DNA from: Eledone cirrhosa
Taxonomy: Eukaryota
Assembly: GCA_964016885.1 (NCBI GenBank)
Contig: OZ024746.1
Span: forward strand, 14,570,001 to 14,634,000
Direction of reading: 5' to 3'
Length of the DNA: 64,000 nucleotides
This document shows positions 56,928 to 64,000 of this stretch, piece after piece. The position numbers were made by a program, and so were the translations under genes. The notes beneath the pieces are model-generated. The model worked only from the letters and a program-made list of their open reading frames with translations, did no database searches and had not been told where the DNA came from. Each line of letters starts with the position of its first letter. Within the stretch, counting starts at the first letter, position 1.

Positions 56928-58349
56928 ATAATAAAAGAAAAACAGAGAGCAGAGACAGCTCCACGGGAATGAGGCTGCGTTGTATTTATGAGCGACTTTG
57001 TGCTATTCAGTTGAAGTATGGTCTTCATTTAAATGTCTCAGCAGCACTATTCCATTGGAATAGTATTCCATTGTTATTTTCAACTTCGCTGAAGTTAGTA
57101 GTTATTGGAGCTAATGCTTGGCGTTGAAAATTAAAGGCAGTCTTTGTTATGTTGAGGATGAACGTTTGATAGTGAGATCTAGTGAAACCTAGTATTTGTG
57201 GCTACAACGCAGGTTTAACTATAAAATAATCGACTATCTTGGATATATGAAACCCTAGACGCGGGAAAAGTGGTGAGAGTCGCCTACGGGAATCGAAATC
57301 GCAACTACCGTATGCAAATTTAAATTTTCTCGACGCTTCGTAAAATAATATTTTTTTTTTTAATATATCTAACGTATATGTAGTCAGTCTCGCTTTGGTT
57401 TAATCGTAATGCAACCGTATGGCAAATTCGATTTCCTTTAGCACAGGCGACTCAGTCCACTTTTTCCTTCGTGTTTGACTCTTATATACTTTCAAAATTT
57501 ATATATATATTACCATGTGTGACGGGTCCAGACATACAAAGATACATAATTGATGTTAATAGGCTATTTATAGCACCCCAACCAAAGCAAAATCAATTAG
57601 CAGTCACTATTTCTTTAACGGAGATATGTTATATATCTTTATTGGTTAATAGTTTGGAACTTTTACGACTATCTTAAGGAAATATTATTTATTTAGAAGA
57701 TGCTTACTTAACTTAAAAAGATAGTTTGTTCTATGTTAAAGTCACCTGAAGATTTGTAAATCATAAATAACGTGTGTTCAATTATACATTTGTTCATATC
57801 ATCTCAAGAGGACTAAATAAAAAAGGCAATTAGCATTGTTTTCTACCGATCAATATGCTGTTTCTTTTGAAAATAATGGGACATAGATTGACAACTGGCA
57901 GGAAATATATCACTATCTTTTCTATGAATGTTTGTATGTGGTTTAATTTTTATGTAGGAAGACTAAAGTCTTTTCAAAAGAAGAGCTGAATATAAAATTG
58001 TTTTCTACTATCTTTATCAACCCGCTAAATATGTGTATTCAAGACGCTGAAGCATTCCTTTTTTAATGTATTAAAAGTAAAACAGCACAGAGAGAGTCAA
58101 TATTTCATCTACATAAATAATCTCTCTTGAGGTATACTCCGTGTGTAATACTACAAACACGTCCAAATTGAGGCGTAGAAACAGCTTCAAAAGGTCATCT
58201 GACAAGAACTCTTGTCTGATGACCGTGATAAACAGGCGAAAGTCAAGAGTAATAAGACTCACTATTCAGCCTTAATAAAATTAATATTAAAACTTTACTT
58301 CGGTATTGAGTACTCCTTTCTCTCAGCCATCAACAGTCAACAACATACG

Positions 58350-58386
<37 letters not shown>

Positions 58387-58574
58387 AATATATATATAGG
58401 AATAAACACAGTAAATTGTGTGTTTAGAATTACAAGACCACGTTGGTTTGAAGAATATAAACTCTGAATCAAACGGAAAATACAAGATAAAATTAAAATG
58501 TACTGACCGTTTCAATAACTATTATATCCCGGACAGATTAGAGATTAATCTGTTTCGCCCTGAAAAGTTGTGTT

Positions 58575-58630
<56 letters not shown>

Positions 58631-59069
58631 AGAGTAACTCTATATAAGCATTATTAGAAATATTTCAATTTATTTCCACTTGTGTATATTTACAAAATAT
58701 GTATGTTGATAGTCAAAAATGATATAAATTGTATTTCAAGTGTAGATAAGCCATTTCTTTAAGGGACGCATGTCAGATTCCCGTCTGATATTTCCTCCAC
58801 CTTTGAATAACCTATTCACATACAATTTCTAGTCCCGGAACCTATATGCTCTTTCCCTTTTTCTTTTCAATCATCAATTTATTTCACAAATCTCTCATAA
58901 CATCCTTAAAATGTTTGTTTGTACAATACTGGTTAGACATCCAGGAGCCGCTTCTACGTCTCTATGTTCTGGAATCCACTTTTAAACAAAACATATAAAA
59001 GCGAACCATAATTATTTTTAACTATACAGGACATATATATATATTGTAAAAGAAATGTGATACAAAAGC

Positions 59070-59520
59070 AGGAGAATTACCAACCACAAGAAGGGCTTAC
59101 ATAAAGATCAAAGATTTACATGAAAACGTGTGGAAAAAAAGAGAGATAACGAAAACAAAAACAAAATAGGTAACAATGAAATAAAACAAAAAAACTCCCC
59201 AATGGAGAAGGAGACTTTTGAGTGTCGCTGGAAGTCCTCCTCTAGACTGCAAGCATATACCCAGAGGAGGCTCGTTCACTCGGACCACTTTCCAACAAAT
59301 TTTCTGGAAGGCAGCACTTCCCTCTCCACCCTCGATTTCCTTTTCAGGTGAAAATTGATAAAATCTATGAGGGCTTGGCTAAAGAGGAAAGTTTCTATCT
59401 TCAGCACTTTCAATCTCGTTCATCGCATAACCTTTTACGCCATGGTCACCAGAGAGATTAAAATCGTCCTTCCCGGCCAAAACAAAGCAGCGTGGTGAAT
59501 TTCAGAATGGACCCAACTGA
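59070..59520 (-). mobile_element. Decayed Tx1/L1-like 3' fragment related to 51428-52293
   Basis: Minus translation TRLKVLKIETFLFSQALIDFINFHLKRKSRVEREVLPSRKFVGKW aligns with TRLRGLRTDAFLSGQQLIPFFKYHFRRRIRVEREALRPSKFTERW. Confidence 0.75.
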
Positions 59521-60056
59521 TACCAGAAGTTCGACGTAACTCGATAAGCCAGAAATTCTGAGCAAAATACAAATTATACAAAACAAAACAAAACAAAAAA
59601 AAAACAGTTACACGAACATCTATTACACAAGCAATATATTTACACAAAAAGTTAGCCAACAATGCCTTTTCTTTCAGCTATAGAATTATTATCTTAAATA
59701 AAACATTCAAGATCTGATGACGTATTTCGCGAAAAATTAATATAATATTGAATCAAACAAGATTACGTCTTTGACATTTGATTTTTTATCAACTGACTGA
59801 AAGATTTAATAAATTTGCTATTACGTCTGTGAAAACAAACATTTCTTACAAAGTAACGAGTGCTGGGGTAACTGAATATGAAATAATAATTAGGATGGCT
59901 GCGATCTATAGCGAATAGCTATAGGCAAAAATAATCGCAGACTATTACAAACCATAATTAAATGTGAAGAACGGTGGGTTGTATGTTGTAAAGCAAGTGG
60001 AATAAATCATGTTTAGCAATCTAACAGTATTGTATTCTATACTAGGATTAACATTT

Positions 60057-60340
60057 CTAAAGTCTAAAGTCTGTCTTGAGCCTGAAGGCTCATCAGGCTG
60101 GTGCCTATCCCAGTTTCCATGACGTGAAGCGACTGAGAGTACAAGACTCCTCCCTGGACAGGACGCCAATCCCTTGCAGGTTTAAACTCCCAACTAGATC
60201 TTGTACTCATTTTCAGCTGAGTATACTGGAGCAACGCGAAATGAAATGTTTTGCTCAAGAACACAATACAGAAGCCAGTCAAGGAATCGAACCCACGACA
60301 TTATGATCGCAAGTCCAATACCATTACCACTAGGCCTCCA
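60057..60340 (-). mobile_element. SINE family B, alternative tail
   Basis: Collinear with 20119-20397; (agactttag) tail repeat. Confidence 0.85.
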
Positions 60341-60438
60341 CGTGAGTAATATGTGGCTGAAGTATATTATTTATTAAAATTGTTTAAACATAAAACTAAC
60401 AACTCACAAATATACATATATACACACATAAAAACTTA

Positions 60439-60551
<113 letters not shown>

Positions 60552-60645
60552 GAAGTGGTTACATTTCTACCTAACTCGTCCCTTGGACTGAGTGCTCTGC
60601 CACTACGGATATTACCTTCCAGTGTTCAACCACTATATATATATA

Positions 60646-60780
60646 GAGAGAATTAGCCGTCGAAACGGCTTGAGCTCAGCCGTCGGGGTCCTACTCGTTC
60701 CTATTACCCACTCTACTACCCTAAGTATTGAGCACTTTGGTGCGTTATGGTCCATCTGGTTCCTTACCACATTTCCTTCG

Positions 60781-60782
<2 letters not shown>
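60646..60782 (+). mobile_element. Family-4 5'-truncated hammerhead element in (TA)n
   Basis: GAAAC(60662-66)-ggct-tgagctc-agcc-GTC(60682-84)-gggg is a canonical stem III with a GUC cleavage triplet; the CUGAUGA half is absent. Confidence 0.75.
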
Positions 60783-60846
<64 letters not shown>

Positions 60847-60848
<2 letters not shown>

Positions 60849-61088
60849 GTGTATTTAATGGTAGCTATGGTGCTTCCATAGGCGGTATGCCAGTTGAGCA
60901 CTCAATGTTCTTACAGAGCAGAGTGAGAAAATTTGCTCCGAAAGCATTGCATGTGTCCGAAGAACCTGCAAGTGTAGAATCAGGCAGATCCACACAATGA
61001 TCATGTCTCGAGCTATCTGCCGGCGAAACAATTGTACCACGCAATAAACTGAGTCTAGATGCATCACTGATTTTTCGTTTGTTTATAT
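60847..61088 (+). mobile_element. TA-embedded element with degenerate long-stem-II hammerhead (family 6)
   Basis: tgtgt-CCGAAGA(60957-63)...ggcagat..atctgcc..GAAAC-aatt-GTA(61025-36)-ccacg. Confidence 0.5.
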
Positions 61089-62514
61089 TATATATATATA
61101 TTATATATATATATATATATAGATAGATAGATAGATATATATATATATACATGTATATATATATATATATGTGTATGTGTGTGTCAATATATATATATAG
61201 GTAGCTATATAAAAATATATGTGTGTGTGTTTTTTTTATGTATGTGTGTGTGTGAATGTGTGTATGTGTTTATGTGTGTATATGTGTGTCTTTAGGTTGT
61301 GTTCTACTTCTGACTATCTTATGATGGTCGTTCTCTTCTTCATGAAACTTCAGCTTTTTTTTCTAACATAATGCTCTTTTCCATGCCACTCAACCTCATA
61401 ACTCGAGCAAACAATATCTTAATTTATTTTTTTATATATATAATCAATACTTCCAAAGTTGTTTTTTTTCCCATCCATTATATTCTCAATAATTGTCTGC
61501 AGCACCATATATTGGTTGCATCAATTTTTTTCTCTATTGTTTATTAATTTTACAGCCAACACATCCCTTATGCATTCTTACGACATTTTTCATAATGCTT
61601 TGTGGTTCCATCATGGCTGTATTTGCAAGAACTACTACTATTTTGATTTTAATTTAGTAATGTTAAAAGCCGTTAATAACATGAAAGTGATTATTTTGCT
61701 CAAAGCGTTGATAAGCACTATTGCCTATTACTATTAAACTAAACTTAATCGAAAAAAAGATGAATTTATAATAGCTAAAACTATAAGCAACCACCATTCC
61801 AACGATGACTATAAAGTAGATTTAACTAGATTTTAAGACGACTTAATTACGATCTGGAATTCAACAAAATCCTTACTTCTGTCTCAAAGTTTTAAAACAT
61901 CAGGTAGTTTAACCCAGTTATAAATATCTCAATGAATTAACTTTCAGTAAAAGTTAATCCATATTTCATAATCTTTTAATTTGAAATAAAATAAAGATTT
62001 AAACACAAGTATTCTTGATATAAACGCACTGTGTAAGGAGCAGCAGATATTGCTACAGTGGTAACAACGATAACTATAGCAATTGCACCAACATCTAGAG
62101 AGAAGGAAATAGTCATAAACTATGACAAACACATTTCAGTTTAGCACAAGTCATGTCATCTTACTACATTCAATATGAAAATCCTTTTTCAACATAAAAA
62201 TGCGCTGAATTAAATTAAGAGCAATGACACAAATAACCTCTCTCGCAGGAACTTGATATATCGATTAAAATTTATCAATAAACTATATAATCTTGAAATA
62301 ATAATGCGATGTCTCCGGTTTCCCTTGGACATATTCCAAAAATTGAAAAGCATTATGTATAATAGGTGTCCACTGTCTCTAACAGAGAAAGATATTAAAA
62401 ATGAATCGCAAGGACATATGGAGGAGGGATGGATGTAACTTCTACCATAACTTCAAGTTGATCAATACCAGGGCTTTGGACTTGATAGAAGGAAGTTGTG
62501 CGGAAGTGTTTTGT

Positions 62515-62594
62515 ATGTATGTATGTATGCATGTATGTATGTATGTATGTGTGTGTGTGTATGTGTGTATATATATATATATATATATTTTATA

Positions 62595-62667
<73 letters not shown>

Positions 62668-63752
62668 TATATCTGTATAGATACATGGTGTTTACATACT
62701 TATACGTTAGATGGTCCAGTCTCGGTTATTATAATCTGTATAACTACAGATTAAACTATGTGAAAATATTGTTGCTGAAAAAATTTAATGTTTCGTTGTT
62801 GTTATAAAATGTAATAAGGAATCAACCGTACTAAACTTCAAAAACAAGAAAAATTGGAGAATTCAAATCCATCCCGAGTAGACCTTTCAGTATAAATAGT
62901 TTCAAAATAAATAGTTTCAAAATAAATAGTTGTCATATACTGAGGTAGAATTAATCAAGTATATATATTTTCTAAAGAATATTTTTTAACAACGAAGATA
63001 TTGGGAAAGTAGTAATTTCAGCCTTGCGTTCTGTACTCATGTATTGCTTGAGCAGACTGTCTTTCGTCCATATTAAAGAGAGAAAATATCATCCAATATG
63101 TTATTTCTCACATTTTGCTGTTTATTTCCTAAATATCCTTTAATTATTGATCTCTGCTTAAATAATAGCAAGCGGAATTTATTAAAATGTTCTAAAGAAA
63201 TAAAATGAATGGTTATAACAAAATATCAAACAGAAGTTGATGCATTGAACTACAGAAATATTTTCCTCTAAGAAGATTTACAAAAATCTTTTGCGCTTTA
63301 TTTATGGCTATATTTTTCGTTTGCATATTCTTTTTATCATGTTTTTCTTTTAAAACACTTTTCTCTATTTTCAACTCGACATATATTTCATACTCATCAT
63401 TTTATGATTTTTATCAAGTTTATTTCAGGGAAGTTTTGTAATTATAACTTACAGAAGAGGATGTGGAATAAGGCGTCAGATAAATACCACTTTCCTGTAG
63501 AGCTATACTTATAACTTTGACAAAAATACAGTAAATTTATAAGATTATCGACCTAAAGTTAACAGCAAAGTAGATAATTTTCTTTAAATTCTATCTGGCC
63601 ACATTTCAATAGAAACGTTTGGGAATCAAATAATTATGTATGTGGTATGGAGTAACAACTATTAATCAATAAATATGAATAATTTCTTTTATCATACTTC
63701 TTTTTGAAAATATTATATATACACACGCATACACACACATACACACATACAC

Positions 63753-63821
<69 letters not shown>
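62515..63821. repeat. (TATG)/(TG)/(TA)n at 62515-62662 and (CA)/(TA)n at 63715-63821
   Basis: Directly visible. Confidence 0.9.
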
Positions 63822-63826
<5 letters not shown>

Positions 63827-64000
63827 ATGCTTTGGGAGGGTCATTTTGCCAATAAGAAACACACGCACCAGTTGCTTTCACTCCAATTTATTATAAATTA
63901 AATTTATAAATTTAAGAATTTATAAATTTCCGGTTGGTTGGTTGGTTGGTTCCACAACCGGACGGTTGTTCATATATTGTCAAAGTTCTTTCGTCACACA

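Overview
AT-rich, microsatellite-dense eukaryotic non-coding DNA. The SINE types and repeat landscape suggest an octopus/cephalopod, which is inferred rather than proven. No intact host gene is evident, and nearly all short ORFs in the track are (TA)n/(TG)n artefacts. Recognisable content: a decayed near-full-length R4/Dong-type RLE LINE (~35570-39660), a 5'-truncated RTE LINE with an 11-bp TSD (16723-17912), Tx1/L1-like 3' fragments, a CR1/Jockey-like RT fragment, a decayed Penelope-like RT fragment, and many tRNA-derived SINEs of two families. The most striking signal is a set of short, non-coding, mostly sequence-unrelated elements embedded in (TA)n runs. Several are near-perfect fold-backs with 74-181 bp arms, and most carry a type-I hammerhead ribozyme (CUGAUGA...GAAA-palindromic stem III-UH). 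They share one architecture: inverted arm, loop, sense arm, an ACTCC motif 4-10 nt past the arm end, an 85-170 nt tail, then (TA)n. They look like non-autonomous Penelope-like pLTR/retrozyme derivatives from at least 5-6 families, four of them stacked within 1.8 kb (39996-41815). Separately, there are microsatellite-centred inverted duplications of flanking DNA, suggesting fold-back synthesis at nicked (TA)n.
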